Positions 18,444-28,985 of a stretch of 64,000 nucleotides of DNA are shown here, one piece after another (the first letter of the stretch is position 1; the number at the start of each line of letters is the position of its first letter). A model generated the notes under the pieces. The model was not told the origin of the DNA and ran no database searches. It saw only the letters and a program-made list of their open reading frames with translations. This DNA is from an uncultured Planctomycetaceae bacterium (GTDB lineage: Bacteria > Planctomycetota > Planctomycetia > Isosphaerales > Isosphaeraceae). The stretch lies in assembly GCA_963833985.1 (NCBI GenBank), contig CAWIAD010000002.1:1984001-2048000 (forward strand), in the 5' to 3' direction. The translations under genes were made by a program, and so were the position numbers.

Positions 18444-19241
18444 CTACTGGTTTTTTTCCAGGACCGCGCGCTGGTGTTCCTCGGGAAAGCGGCCGAAGAC
18501 GGTCCAGCCGCCGTCCACGAAGAAGACCTGGCCGGTCATGTAGCTGGAGTCATCGGACGCAAGGAAGACGCACGGGCCGACCATTTCTTCCGGGGCGGCC
18601 GTGCGCTGCATCGGCGTCATGCTGCCCCAGACGCGGTCGTAATCAGGATCATCGCAAAGATTGCGCTCCACGCGGGTTGGCCCGGGAGCAAACGTGTTCA
18701 CGCGTACGCGGAGCGGTGCGAACTCGACGGCGAACTGCCTGGTCAGCGCGTGGATTCCCCCTTTGCTGGCGGCGTACACCGCCAGGCCCTTCACGCCCAG
18801 TTCGGCGCAGTTGGTGGAGACGTTGATGATGCTGCCACCATCACCGCGTGCCGCCATGATGCGGGCCGCCTCGACCGAGCAGAAGAACGTGCCTTTCAGG
18901 TTCGTGCCGATGATCCGTTCCCAGGACTTCTCGTCCACGCGAAACGGGTCGGTCCAGCCGGTCAGGCCGGCGTTGTTGACCAGGATATCCAGCCGGCCGA
19001 AGGTCTCGGCCGTGCGCGCGAACATGTGCTTGACGGCCGCGACGCTGGAGACATCGGCCGCCATCGTCTGGCTGCGTCGTCCCAGGGTCGCGATCTCGTT
19101 CGCGACGGTCTCGGCCCCCTCGCGGCTGGTGTGGTAGTTGACCACGACGTCGGCCCCGGCGCGTGCCAGGCCCAGCGCCAGCGCCCGGCCGATGCCCGTT
19201 CCCGCGCCCGTCACCAGTGCGACCTTGCCACTGAGCTTCAT
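18444..19241 (-). CDS. Short-chain dehydrogenase/reductase (SDR)
   Basis: TGAGTGIG, NNAG, YAASK. Confidence 0.95.
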   Translation of the reverse strand: MKLSGKVALVTGAGTGIGRALALGLARAGADVVVNYHTSREGAETVANEIATLGRRSQTMAADVSSVAAVKHMFARTAETFGRLDILVNNAGLTGWTDPFRVDEKSWERIIGTNLKGTFFCSVEAARIMAARGDGGSIINVSTNCAELGVKGLAVYAASKGGIHALTRQFAVEFAPLRVRVNTFAPGPTRVERNLCDDPDYDRVWGSMTPMQRTAAPEEMVGPCVFLASDDSSYMTGQVFFVDGGWTVFGRFPEEHQRAVLEKNQ

Positions 19242-19252
19242 GAGTGCCGTTC

Positions 19253-20287
19253 TCACGCGCCGTAGTAGAGGAGGACTTTGAGGGCCTCGCCGCGCTCGCA
19301 GAGCTCAAACCCGCTGTGCCATTGCTCGAGCGGCAGCTTGTGGGTGATCACCCGCGCGAGGTCGATCTGGCGGTTCTCGAGCAGCCGCATCGCGCGTTGC
19401 CACGTATTGAGCGAATGCCCCACGGAGCCGAAGACGCGCAGCTGCTTGAAGAGGATTGTGTCGAAGTTGACCGTGATTTCCTTGCCGGCGATCCCGATCT
19501 GGACATAGCGGCCGAGCGGGCGCACCGCCTTCAGGCACGTGGCCACCGAGCCGGCCGCGCCGGCGGCCTCCACGGCCATGTCCGCGCCGCGTCCGCGCGT
19601 CTGCTCGCCAACCACTTCCAGCAAATTCTGGCGATCGCAATCAACCGTCACTGCCGCTCCCAGCCGGGCCGCCAGCGCCAGCCGTGGCGCGTCTGTGGAC
19701 CTGCCCGCGACGATCACCTTGCAGCCTTGCAGGTTCAGGACCATCAGGCAGAGCAGTCCAATGGGACCCGGCCCGGAGAGCAGCACCCAGTCTCCCGGGG
19801 CCGCGGGAGCCAGCTCGCCGACGGCCTGAAGCGCCGCCGCGAATGGCTCGGTCACGGCCGCCTCCTCGAGCGTGATCCCCTCCGGCAGCTTGTAGCACTG
19901 GTCTTCCCGGACGTTCACGAACCGCGTCAGCGAGCCGCTCACGCCGTGCCCCATGCCGCGGCGAATGGGGCAGAACATGTAATACCCCTGCCGGCAGTAT
20001 TCGCAACCGCCGCAGACCACCGCGGAGGACGGCAAGACCACCACGCGGTCGCCGGCGGCGATGTTCCGCACCCCGGCGCCGGTCTCGCACACAGTACCCG
20101 AGAATTCGTGTCCCAGGATCACCGGAGGGTAGTTGGGGAACCGGTCGTGCAGGACGTGGATGTCGGTTCCGCAGATGCCCGTGAAGGCGACCTCGATCTT
20201 CACCTGATGCGGGCCGCACGTGCATTCAGGCACGTCGACGAGCTCGACGTTTCCCGGTCCCGAGCGAGTTTTCACGACGGCCCGCAT
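19253..20287 (-). CDS. Zinc-dependent polyol/alcohol dehydrogenase (MDR family)
   Basis: GICGTD, GHE, CGGCEYC...C, GPGPIG; start MRAVVK after GGGAGG. Confidence 0.93.
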   Translation of the reverse strand: MRAVVKTRSGPGNVELVDVPECTCGPHQVKIEVAFTGICGTDIHVLHDRFPNYPPVILGHEFSGTVCETGAGVRNIAAGDRVVVLPSSAVVCGGCEYCRQGYYMFCPIRRGMGHGVSGSLTRFVNVREDQCYKLPEGITLEEAAVTEPFAAALQAVGELAPAAPGDWVLLSGPGPIGLLCLMVLNLQGCKVIVAGRSTDAPRLALAARLGAAVTVDCDRQNLLEVVGEQTRGRGADMAVEAAGAAGSVATCLKAVRPLGRYVQIGIAGKEITVNFDTILFKQLRVFGSVGHSLNTWQRAMRLLENRQIDLARVITHKLPLEQWHSGFELCERGEALKVLLYYGA

Positions 20288-20315
20288 GGTCAGCCTCCCG
20301 CCGTCCGGCACTTCC

Positions 20316-20333
20316 TGGTGAAACGTTTCACCA
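20316..20333. promoter_or_regulatory. LacI-family operator
   Basis: Perfect 18-bp palindrome TGGTGAAACGTTTCACCA between the -10 box and the first gene of the operon. Confidence 0.85.
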
Positions 20334-20362
20334 AAGCTATCCACGCTCCGGACCGGCGTCAA
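20334..20362 (-). promoter_or_regulatory. Sigma70-type promoter of the sugar operon
   Basis: Minus strand TTGACG-N17-TAGCTT directly upstream of the operator. Confidence 0.7.
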
Positions 20363-20409
20363 GAGAGTGCAGCCGCAAAGGCACAGCACATAAAAGATTG
20401 ATTCATATT

Positions 20410-21618
20410 CTAGACCGAGAATGAACCTGCGCCGGCCTGCGATTCGCGGCGGTAGGCGCTGGGCGTCTTGCCGTCATGTTTGCGGAAGCAGGTGGAAAGA
20501 TACTCGGGGTACGCGAAGCCGGTGCGCTGGGCGATCTCCTCGAGAGAGAGGTCCGTCTGCGAGAGCAGCTCACGGACGCGCTGGAGCCGCACTTCGTGGA
20601 TGGCGTCAAGGATTGTCTTGCGCAGCGATTTCTGGAACAGCCGCTGGAGCATGCTGCGAGACATTGACACATGTTCCAGGACGTCATCGACGCGGATGCC
20701 CTGGCAGGCATGTTCGCGGATGAACCGTACGGCGTCGGCCAGGCGCGGGTCCTCGATGGCCGTGACGTCGGTCGACTGGCGCGTGACGACGCCGAGTGGA
20801 GGAATCGGGTTCAGGGGCAGGGCCGGGGGCTGGCCGCTCATCATGCGGTCGAGCAGGCCGGCGGCCTCGTAGCCGATGCGCCGGGCGTCGGGGACGACGC
20901 TCGAGAGCGGCGGGTAGGCAAGCTGGCAGACCAGCTCCTCGTTGTCGACGCCGATGACGGCGACCTCCTCCGGGACCGCCACGCCGGCAAGCCGGCAGGC
21001 GTCCAGCAGCTGCATGCCGCGGATATCGTTGCCCGCCATGACGCCGAGCGGCTTGGGCAGCGTACCGATCCAGCCGCCCACACGCTCGATCTCGTCCTCC
21101 CACGAGTCCTGCTGGTGGCCCCACGAGACGGGCCTGGTGTGGGGACGCTCGTGGAACGTGCCCCCCGCCTCGCGTACCCGGCGTGCGAACGCGTCATGCC
21201 GGCGCACGGACCACTCGAAGACGGGAAAGCCAAAGTAGGCAAAGTGGCGGAACCCCCGCTCCAGCAGGTGCTCGGCCGCCAGCCGGGCGATGGCCGCGTG
21301 GTCGGCGTGCAGCTGGGGCAGGCCGAGGTCGCGCACCTGGTCATTCAGGTCGACCGTGGGGACGCCGGTCTCCAGCAGCTTGCACGCGCTCTGGGGCGTC
21401 GACGCACGGGCGATGATGCCATCGCCGTTCCAGCGGTCGATCCAGGGTGGCATCTCGTCGTGAAGCGACCGCTGCTCGATGTACACCGTCCACGGTCCGT
21501 GCTCGCGGACGTACTGGGAGATCCCCTCCAGGATGGCGCGTCCGAAGGCCGTCGACGTCTCGACGATGAGCGCGACGTGGGGCAGGCGCAAGACATGAGA
21601 ACGCGAAGAGGTATGCAT
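20410..21618 (-). CDS. XylR-like regulator (LacI-type sensor domain + AraC HTH)
   Basis: VALIVETSTAFGRAILEGI, VPEEVAVIGVDN, C-terminal EIAQRTGF...TPSAYR. Confidence 0.92.
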   Translation of the reverse strand: MHTSSRSHVLRLPHVALIVETSTAFGRAILEGISQYVREHGPWTVYIEQRSLHDEMPPWIDRWNGDGIIARASTPQSACKLLETGVPTVDLNDQVRDLGLPQLHADHAAIARLAAEHLLERGFRHFAYFGFPVFEWSVRRHDAFARRVREAGGTFHERPHTRPVSWGHQQDSWEDEIERVGGWIGTLPKPLGVMAGNDIRGMQLLDACRLAGVAVPEEVAVIGVDNEELVCQLAYPPLSSVVPDARRIGYEAAGLLDRMMSGQPPALPLNPIPPLGVVTRQSTDVTAIEDPRLADAVRFIREHACQGIRVDDVLEHVSMSRSMLQRLFQKSLRKTILDAIHEVRLQRVRELLSQTDLSLEEIAQRTGFAYPEYLSTCFRKHDGKTPSAYRRESQAGAGSFSV

Positions 21619-22235
21619 AAAAAGGGGAGTCCCGAGACGCGGAAATCGATTGGCGATTTCTTCTGCCGGAACCGTACAGGCCTGGCCGGATTGTACAGCC
21701 GGGCCATGCGGCCGACGGCCCCGATGGCCTTTGTTCTGCTCCGAAACCTCGGCGAATGCATTCTAGAAGAGCATTCGCGCCAGGTCCAGCAATGTGACGG
21801 CGAGTACCGGAAATCATAGGCAGAAAAACCGAAAAACTCATGGATCTCCCGGCGCGACCTGTTAATCTCAGGCTGGAGACCGGGGTCTCCGGTGCTCGTC
21901 TCAGGCAAGCAGGAAGCGATCCGGGCGCCCGTGAAGATGGCTGCTGTGCAAGTCGTCGGGCGGCCCGGAAGGGGCGGTCTTTTCGTTGTCGGTGGTGCGC
22001 GGGGCGGCCCGCTTCTCGGCCGCTGGGCCGGGTGCGAGGCGGCCGCGGGGGGTCGGACCGCGCGTCTCCATCAAGGCGAACCGAGCTGTGCATTCGGTTC
22101 CGACGTGACGGCCTGCCCGTGCGGCGCCGGTGATCGCGGTGTGCGCACAAATCAGATCACATGTTCGTGCGCTCGTTCCCCGCTGTGATTCGTTTCGCCA
22201 CGTTCTTGTCCGCGTGCCCTATCCGGGAGGCATTC

Positions 22236-23361
22236 ATGCGAAAGAAACGCAACCTGGGCTTCACTCTGATTGAGCTGCTGGTGGTCATCGCCATCATCGC
22301 GGTCCTCATCTCACTGCTTTTACCCGCCGTGCAGTCGGCGCGAGGCCGCTCGCCGCGCGCAATGCACCAATAACCTCAAGCAGATTGGCCTTGCGCTGCA
22401 CAACTATCACAGCACGATGGACCGGTTCCCCATGGCCGTCTCCAAGGACCCGTACTGGGGCCCGGGAGACACCGACGGCCAGTGGGGTTACGGCCGCTGG
22501 ACCGGCTGGAGTGCGCAGGCCCTGCTCCTGGGTTATCTGGACCAGATGCCAATGTACAACGCGGCGAATTTCAACCTGGGCCCGGGATGCGCAGGTGGAC
22601 TGCTGGGCTCGCTCCCCAACAGCACCGTCTACAACGCCGTGATCAATTCCTACCTGTGCCCATCGGACCCGAACGCGGGTCCCCAGCGCAGCAACAGCTA
22701 CCACGCGAGCATCGGCTCGACCACCTACGAGAGCCCCATCACCACGCCGGGGATGTTCGCGGTATTCAACTGCTACGGATTGGCATCCTGCACCGATGGC
22801 TCCTCGAACACGATTGCTTTCGCAGAAGCCCTGACGGGCAGCGACACGGCGGTCTCGGGGAATACCTCGCAGGGTAATGCGTACCGCGGCGACGTTGTCG
22901 AGAACGCCAACAACCCGGGGACGGGCGGCCAGGGTGCGGACGATCCCCAGGGCTTCTACGGCACGAACGCGCAATTTCTCATGGCCTCTTCGAACTCGAC
23001 CGCCGTACTCGCCGGCCTGCAAGCCTGCGCCCAGGCCTGGACCAACCAGGCGACCGCGTCGTACTCGACGATGCGCGGGTTCGTCTGGTCCGACGGTAAT
23101 GGCGGCTGGACCTACACCAACCTGATCCAGACGCCGAACAGGGACCCGCTCTTTTCCGGTGGCGGCTGCCGCTTCAACTGCGCCGGGTGCGGCATCGACA
23201 GCTCGTTCAGCTACGCCGTCTCGAGCAACCACCCCGGCGGGGCAAACCTTCTGATGACCGATGGCAGCGTCCGGTTCATCAAGGACAGCGTGAATCGGAT
23301 GACCTGGTGGGCCCTTGGCACGCGCAATGGCAACGAGGTCATCAGCTCAGACAGTTATTGA
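22236..23361 (+). CDS. DUF1559 prepilin-type protein (frameshift near 22341, probably a sequencing indel)
   Basis: [29 protein letters not shown] / [27 protein letters not shown]-terminal [14 protein letters not shown]; 2 nt missing in a GC run. Confidence 0.93.
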
Positions 23362-23424
23362 ACGAGATCGACCCGGAGACGCGGCCAGCCATGCGGGCTG
23401 CGCCTGCGGGCCGCAGGAGAACTC

Positions 23425-23646
23425 ATGATGCCTTTCCCTCGCGTTCGAACGTCCGCCACCGCGGCGCTCCATTGCGTCTTGCTGGCAGGATTTGCCCTGA
23501 CCTGTGGGTGCTCCGGGTCGGCTTCCGGTAACAAGGCCGACGATCCGGCGCTCAAGTCGGCCACGCAGAAATCGATGGAGCTGTACAAGTCGAAAACGCA
23601 GCACATGAAGCCTCGTTCGCAGTCGGCGGTGAAGCGGCCGCGCTAA
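23425..23646 (+). CDS. Small putative lipoprotein downstream of DUF1559
   Basis: Hydrophobic stretch, lipobox-like LTCGC, RBS AGGAGA. Confidence 0.65.
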   Translation: MMPFPRVRTSATAALHCVLLAGFALTCGCSGSASGNKADDPALKSATQKSMELYKSKTQHMKPRSQSAVKRPR

Positions 23647-23753
23647 GGCCAGGCGCCATGCCTCTGTCTGGCGCATCCACGATGCGCGGCGTCGCAACGC
23701 CCGCCATGGCGGCGTCGGGCCGGCCGGCGGGCACGGCCCGATGGCCCGCAAGC

Positions 23754-24412
23754 TCACCGTGACGCCTGCGGCTCCAGCTCGGTGATCTCGATATCCTTGA
23801 AGCGCACTTCCATCGGCGGGCCGACGTGGACCTGGAGGGCGATGATGCCCTGGTCTTCAAATTCGGGATCGGTGCGGTCGATGATGCGCGTGCCGTTCAG
23901 GTCGATCGTGACGTGCTTGCCTTTGGCGGTGATGATGAACTCGTTCCAGCCGCCCTGCTTGACCAGCTTGGCGGCCTCCTCCTTGGGATATTGTTGAAGC
24001 ATGCCCCGGCCCCGCTCCTCGTAGAGCAGGCCCCAGTAACCGTCAGCGACGTCAGCCTGCGGGCCGGACACGGCGCCATCGGAGTGCGCTTGCTGCGGAA
24101 CTGGATGCCCGAGTTGCCGTTCTTGAACTTGACCTTCGCCTTGAGCACGAAATCGCGATACGGCCTGGCCGTGACGAGGAACTCATTCTTCTTCAGGTTC
24201 CCCTGGGTGCGGCCAACGATCTCGCCATCCTCGGCGGTGAAGATGGCCTTGTCGTCGGGCGTGACCCAGCCGTTCAGGTCCTTGCCGTTGAACAGGCTCT
24301 GAGCCCTGGATTGCTCCTGGCCCCAGGCGTGAGTCGCCACGGCACCCGGTAGCCAGCCCAGACCGCAGAGGCCGATCAGGCACGCAGGCAGCAATCGCGC
24401 ATTGAGCTTCAT
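23754..24412 (-). CDS. DUF1080 (3-keto-disaccharide hydrolase-like) protein, frameshift near 24075
   Basis: SLFNGKDLNGW, GNSGIQFRS, GPQAD, WNEF, IALQVH, FKDIEI across two frames. Confidence 0.9.
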
Positions 24413-24593
24413 GAGCGTGGTCTTTCTTGATTGCGAAGGCGGGGCCGGGTGAGCGGGCATGCGGCGCAAACCGCCAGCGCCCGGCCCGTGAGTCCTGGCG
24501 GGTGGCACGATCCTTCGCGATTGTCACCCCGCGCCGCCGCCGGGTCAACGAGCCAGCGATCCTGGCCCGCGACAATCCAGTGCACAGCGGCAG

Positions 24594-24637
24594 GCGCCGC
24601 CCGTGACCGGGGCACGCGCCGCCCGTGACCGGGGCAC
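24594..24637 (+). repeat. Perfect 22-bp direct tandem repeat
   Basis: GCGCCGCCCGTGACCGGGGCAC x2 in the divergent intergenic region. Confidence 0.85.
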
Positions 24638-24754
24638 ACGATCGCGTTCGGGCCTTCGGCTTCCTCCCCGGCTGGCAGACGGTCCCGGGGACCAGTAGAA
24701 TCAGTCACGTTGTCTGCACGGAACACAATGACTGCCGCACGAGGCTGAAACCGC

Positions 24755-25774
24755 ATGTCGTTCCAGGAGGATCTGGCACGCTACGGGCCTGGAACGACCG
24801 GGTGCATGTCACGCGCCGAGGCGCTGGCTTATTGCGCGCAGCTCACGGCCACGCACTATGAGAACTTCAGCGTGGTGACCTGGCTGACGCCGCGCGCGCA
24901 CCGGCCGGCCTTCCAGAGCATCTACGCCTACTGCCGCTGGGCCGACGACCTGGGCGATGAGATCGGCGATCCCGCGCGCGCTCTCAGTTTGCTGGCCTGG
25001 TGGCGCGGCGAGCTGCGCGCGATGTACCAGGGCGAGGCGCGGCACCCGGTGATGATTGCGCTGGCGGAAACCGTCTCGGCCTACCAGATTCCCATCGCGC
25101 CCTTCGAGTCGCTCATCGACGCCTTCGAGCAGGACCAGACCGTCACCGAATACGAGACCTTTGCGGAGCTGGTCGACTACTGCACGCGCTCGGCCAATCC
25201 GGTGGGCCGCCTGGTCCTGCATGTGGCCGGTGCGTACACCGAGGAGAACCTGCCGCTGTCCGACGCCACCTGCACCGCGCTGCAACTGGCGAACTTCTGG
25301 CAAGACGTGGCACGGGACCTGGCCATCGGCCGCATTTACCTGCCACGCGAGGATCGCCTGCGCCACGGCTACCCGGGCTCCGACCTGAGGGCCCTGCGAT
25401 TCACGCCGGCCTTCGCACGGCTCATGAAGTTCGAGGTGGAGCGCACCCGGGCCCTCTTCGACCTGGGCCGTCCCCTGGCGGCCCGGATTCCCGGCAGCCT
25501 CGCGGTTGACATCGACCTCTTCTCGCGCGGCGGCCTGGCGATCCTGGACCGGATCGAGGCGCGCGGCTTCGACGTGCTGAGTGCGCGCCCGTCGCTGTCG
25601 CGCTGGACCAAGGCCAGCCTGCTGGGACATGCGCTCGCCGGCATGGCCTGGGCGTCCCTGCGGGATCGCCGGAGCGGTACGCGCCCGTCCGCCAGCCGGG
25701 CGCCCGCGGCCTGCGGAAGTGCGCCGACACCCGCGTCCGCCCCCGCGCCACAAAACCTGGAGAGCCCCCGGTGA
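24755..25774 (+). CDS. hpnC: Squalene synthase HpnC
   Basis: HYENFSV, YAYCRWADDLGDE, YCTRSANPVGRL, LQLANFWQDV; first gene of an hpnCDE order. Confidence 0.92.
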   Translation: MSFQEDLARYGPGTTGCMSRAEALAYCAQLTATHYENFSVVTWLTPRAHRPAFQSIYAYCRWADDLGDEIGDPARALSLLAWWRGELRAMYQGEARHPVMIALAETVSAYQIPIAPFESLIDAFEQDQTVTEYETFAELVDYCTRSANPVGRLVLHVAGAYTEENLPLSDATCTALQLANFWQDVARDLAIGRIYLPREDRLRHGYPGSDLRALRFTPAFARLMKFEVERTRALFDLGRPLAARIPGSLAVDIDLFSRGGLAILDRIEARGFDVLSARPSLSRWTKASLLGHALAGMAWASLRDRRSGTRPSASRAPAACGSAPTPASAPAPQNLESPR

Positions 25775-26675
25775 AGAGGGAACCCGCACTCGACCGCAGC
25801 TACCGGTTCTGTGAGCGGCTCGCCCGCCGGGAGGCGAGGAACTTTCATCTCGCGTTCCGCCTGCTGCCGCTGGATCGCCGGCTGTCGATGTCGGCGCTGT
25901 ATGCCTTCATGCGGCACACCGACGACCTGGCGGACTCGAGCGGCGCGGTGGAGGAGAAGGAGGCAAGGCTCGGCCAGTGGCGCGGCGAACTGGAGGCGGC
26001 CCTGGCGGGCCGGCTTGTCGAGTGGCCTGGCCTGCCCGCCCTGGCCGACACCGTCGTGCGCCGGGGAATTCCCCCGGAGCACTGCTACGCGGTGATCACC
26101 GGGGTGTCCATGGACCTCAGGCCGCAGTCCTACGCGAGCTTCGAGGAGCTGACGGATTACTGCTACCACGTCGCGTCGGTCGTCGGCCTGTGCTGCATCC
26201 ACATCTGGGGCTACCGCTCGGACGGTGGGCGGGCCGAGCGTCTGGCGGAGGCGTGCGGCACCGCCCTCCAGCTCACGAACATCCTCCGTGACGTGCGCGA
26301 GGATGCGCGCGCGGGCGCGTGTACCTGCCGCGTGATGAGATGGCCCGCTTCGGCGTCACGCCGGAAGACCTCGACGCCGACCACCTGAGTACGGGGCTCC
26401 GCGACCTCCTGGCCTTCCAGGCGGACCGCGCACGCGGCTACTACGAGCAGGCCGCGGAACTGCTCCCCCTGGTCGAGCCGGTCGGCCGGCCGGTGCTGCT
26501 CACCATCGTGGGAATCTACCGGGCCTTGCTCGACGAGATCATCCGGCGGGATTATAACGTTTTATGTTCAAGGGCGACTGTTCCCTCCTGGCGCAAGGCA
26601 CTGATCGCCCTGACGGCGCTGCCCCGGCGGTTCACGCGCACCGCCCAGGCGCTTTCCACCACTCCCGTTTCGTGA
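25771..26675 (+). CDS. hpnD: Presqualene diphosphate synthase HpnD (frameshift near 26318)
   Basis: ALYAFMRHTDDLAD, YCYHVASVVG, LQLTNILRDVREDA; YLP continues in the next frame. Confidence 0.88.
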
Positions 26676-26696
26676 GCGTGCTGGTTGTCTCATCTC

Positions 26697-28289
26697 ATGT
26701 CGCCCGCATACAAGCCTCCGGCTCCCCACGTCGTGATCGTCGGCGGCGGCCTCGCCGGGCTGGCGGCCGCGGCCGCACTGGTTGACCGGGGGCTGAGAAT
26801 CACGCTCCTGGAGAGCCGGCCCAGGCTCGGCGGCCGCGCCAGCTCGTTCACCGATCCGGTCACCGGCGAGCTGGTCGACAATTGCCAGCACGTGAGCATG
26901 GGCTGCTGTACGAACCTGGCCGATTTTTGCAGGCGCGTGGGGATCGCGGACCTGTTCCGTCGCGAGCCTGCCTTCCTCTTCCTGGGTCGCGACGGGCGGC
27001 TCTCCACGCTCAGGGCCGGCAAACTGCCCGCTCCCTTGCACCTGGCGGGCAGCTTCCTGCGTGTCCGCTTTCTGGGGTGGGGCGACAAGCTGCGGATCGC
27101 GCACGGACTGGCTTGCCTGGCACTCGGCCATGACGAGCGCCCGGGCGAGCCTTTCCAGTCCTGGCTGACCCGGCACGGGCAGAACGCGCGCACGCTCGAT
27201 TTGTTCTGGTCGGCCGTGCTGGTCTCCGCGCTGAACGAACGGCTCGACCAGATGGATTTCGGCCATGCCCGCAAGGTCTTCGTCGATGGTTTTCTGAGCA
27301 ACCCGGCCGGTTTCGAGATGGAGCTGCCGCTGGTGCCCCTGGGCGACCTGTATGGCGCGCGGCTCCAGGCGTGGCTGCAAGCGCAGGGCGTGGCCGTCCA
27401 CCTGACCGCGGGCGCCCGCGCGGTGGACTGCGACGACGATGGCGCCTTGCGCGGGCTCTTCCTGCGTGACGGGACGTTTCTGACCGCCGATTTCGTGGTG
27501 CTGGCAGTCTCGTTCGACCGCGTGCCAGCCCTGGCCGGCGAGCCGCTCGTCGCGCGGGTCCCGGGTTTGCAGAACCTGGCCGCGCTCCAGTCCTCACCCA
27601 TCACCGGAGTCCATCTCTGGTTCGACCGGCCGGTCTGCCCTCATGACCACGTGGTCACGCCTGGTCGGCTGGTCCAGTGGGTCTTCAACCACACGGCCAT
27701 CCAGGGGAGGACTGCGCGTGGGCTCGCTCCGCGGGCCGACCGGCAAACCGGGATCGGACCCGGCGAAAAGCCGGAGAGCCAGTACCTTCAGGTCGTCATC
27801 AGCGCGTCGTACGACCTGCTCCCGCTCGACAAAGTGGCGATCCGCGATGCCGTGCTGGCCGATCTGGCCGCGATCTGGCCGGCAGCCCGAGAGGCGCGGT
27901 TGCTCCGGTGGTGGGTGGTCACCGAGCACGGCGCCACCTTCGCCGTCCGGCCGGGCGTGGACGCGCTGCGGCCACCCCAGCGCACGCCCATCGACGGCCT
28001 CTTCCTTGCCGGCGACTGGACAGCCACAGGCTGGCCGGCCACCATGGAGGGCGCGGTGCGATCCGGCTACCTCGCCGCGCAGGGCATCCTCGAGGACCTG
28101 GGCCGGCCCAGCCGCCTGCTCCGCACGGACCTCGCACGCGGCAGGCTGGCCCGACTGCTGCTCGGCTCGCCGGCCGAAAGCCCGCGGCGGCTCGCCTTCG
28201 AGGAACTCCGCCAGCCACTTTCCGCCCCCTCGGACCCGCGCCCGCCGGTCGTACCTTCGTCGTGCGCCCGCGCGGACGAAACCTCTTGA
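26697..28289 (+). CDS. hpnE: Hydroxysqualene dehydroxylase HpnE (FAD-dependent)
   Basis: VGGGLAGL, LGGRASS, DNCQH, LAGDWTATGWPATMEGAVRSG. Confidence 0.92.
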   Translation: MSPAYKPPAPHVVIVGGGLAGLAAAAALVDRGLRITLLESRPRLGGRASSFTDPVTGELVDNCQHVSMGCCTNLADFCRRVGIADLFRREPAFLFLGRDGRLSTLRAGKLPAPLHLAGSFLRVRFLGWGDKLRIAHGLACLALGHDERPGEPFQSWLTRHGQNARTLDLFWSAVLVSALNERLDQMDFGHARKVFVDGFLSNPAGFEMELPLVPLGDLYGARLQAWLQAQGVAVHLTAGARAVDCDDDGALRGLFLRDGTFLTADFVVLAVSFDRVPALAGEPLVARVPGLQNLAALQSSPITGVHLWFDRPVCPHDHVVTPGRLVQWVFNHTAIQGRTARGLAPRADRQTGIGPGEKPESQYLQVVISASYDLLPLDKVAIRDAVLADLAAIWPAAREARLLRWWVVTEHGATFAVRPGVDALRPPQRTPIDGLFLAGDWTATGWPATMEGAVRSGYLAAQGILEDLGRPSRLLRTDLARGRLARLLLGSPAESPRRLAFEELRQPLSAPSDPRPPVVPSSCARADETS

Positions 28290-28326
28290 CGACCACCGCG
28301 ATCCAGCTCATGCCCGGTCGAACGAA

Positions 28327-28965
28327 TTAGTGACGCACAATGGGGATGAAACCCTCATTGCGGTAGGGGTCAATTTCGTCGCCCAGCAGTTCCAGCTCAC
28401 CGTTCAAGTATTGATAATACTCAATATGATGGTTGAAGGTCGAGCAGAGGCTCCGCTCCTTCGTCGCGCACATCGGATGCACGAAAACGACGGCCCGCCA
28501 GTGGCCGTGCGGCAGCCGCATGACTCGTTTGATCCAGAGATTCCACCCCGGCGGAATCAGCTCGGGATGCTGGGGATCGGTCGTCTTCCAGGTTGGGAAC
28601 GATTGCAGCCTGTTCGGGTTCTCCGGCTCGGCCTGCTCCAACACGCGCTGGACTTCCTTGGCCAGCACGACACTCTCAGCATCGCCGGGGGCTTCGAGTT
28701 GGATCATTACATGGAATTGGCCAGTCGACTCCAGGTCGATCGCGCCAGGCAAGTGACGAATGTCAATCCCCGTATAAGCCTTTACGTTCGGAGGCATTGG
28801 AGGTGGCGGATCCGGCGGGCCCACGAAAGGCGGCTTGGGCCAGGGCGGGAGATTGCCCGGTACGTAATCGGGCGGTGGTACGATCCCGCCCCGATACTCC
28901 ACCACGGCAACCATCGCGACGATGAGGCCCAGCAGGAACGCCAGCCGGCAAACTTGCTTGATCAC
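28327..28965 (-). CDS. Hypothetical exported Pro-rich protein, paralogue B
   Basis: N-terminal hydrophobic segment, Pro-rich linker; paralogous to 29109-29750; GTG start after GGAGG. Confidence 0.75.
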   Translation of the reverse strand: MIKQVCRLAFLLGLIVAMVAVVEYRGGIVPPPDYVPGNLPPWPKPPFVGPPDPPPPMPPNVKAYTGIDIRHLPGAIDLESTGQFHVMIQLEAPGDAESVVLAKEVQRVLEQAEPENPNRLQSFPTWKTTDPQHPELIPPGWNLWIKRVMRLPHGHWRAVVFVHPMCATKERSLCSTFNHHIEYYQYLNGELELLGDEIDPYRNEGFIPIVRH

Positions 28966-28985
28966 TGAACCTCCCAAATGGGACA

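Noticed and set aside
22330..22350. Programmed frameshift or phase variation in DUF1559 and the other split genes
   Set aside because: No slippery heptamer or long SSR; the scatter across unrelated genes fits sequencing error.
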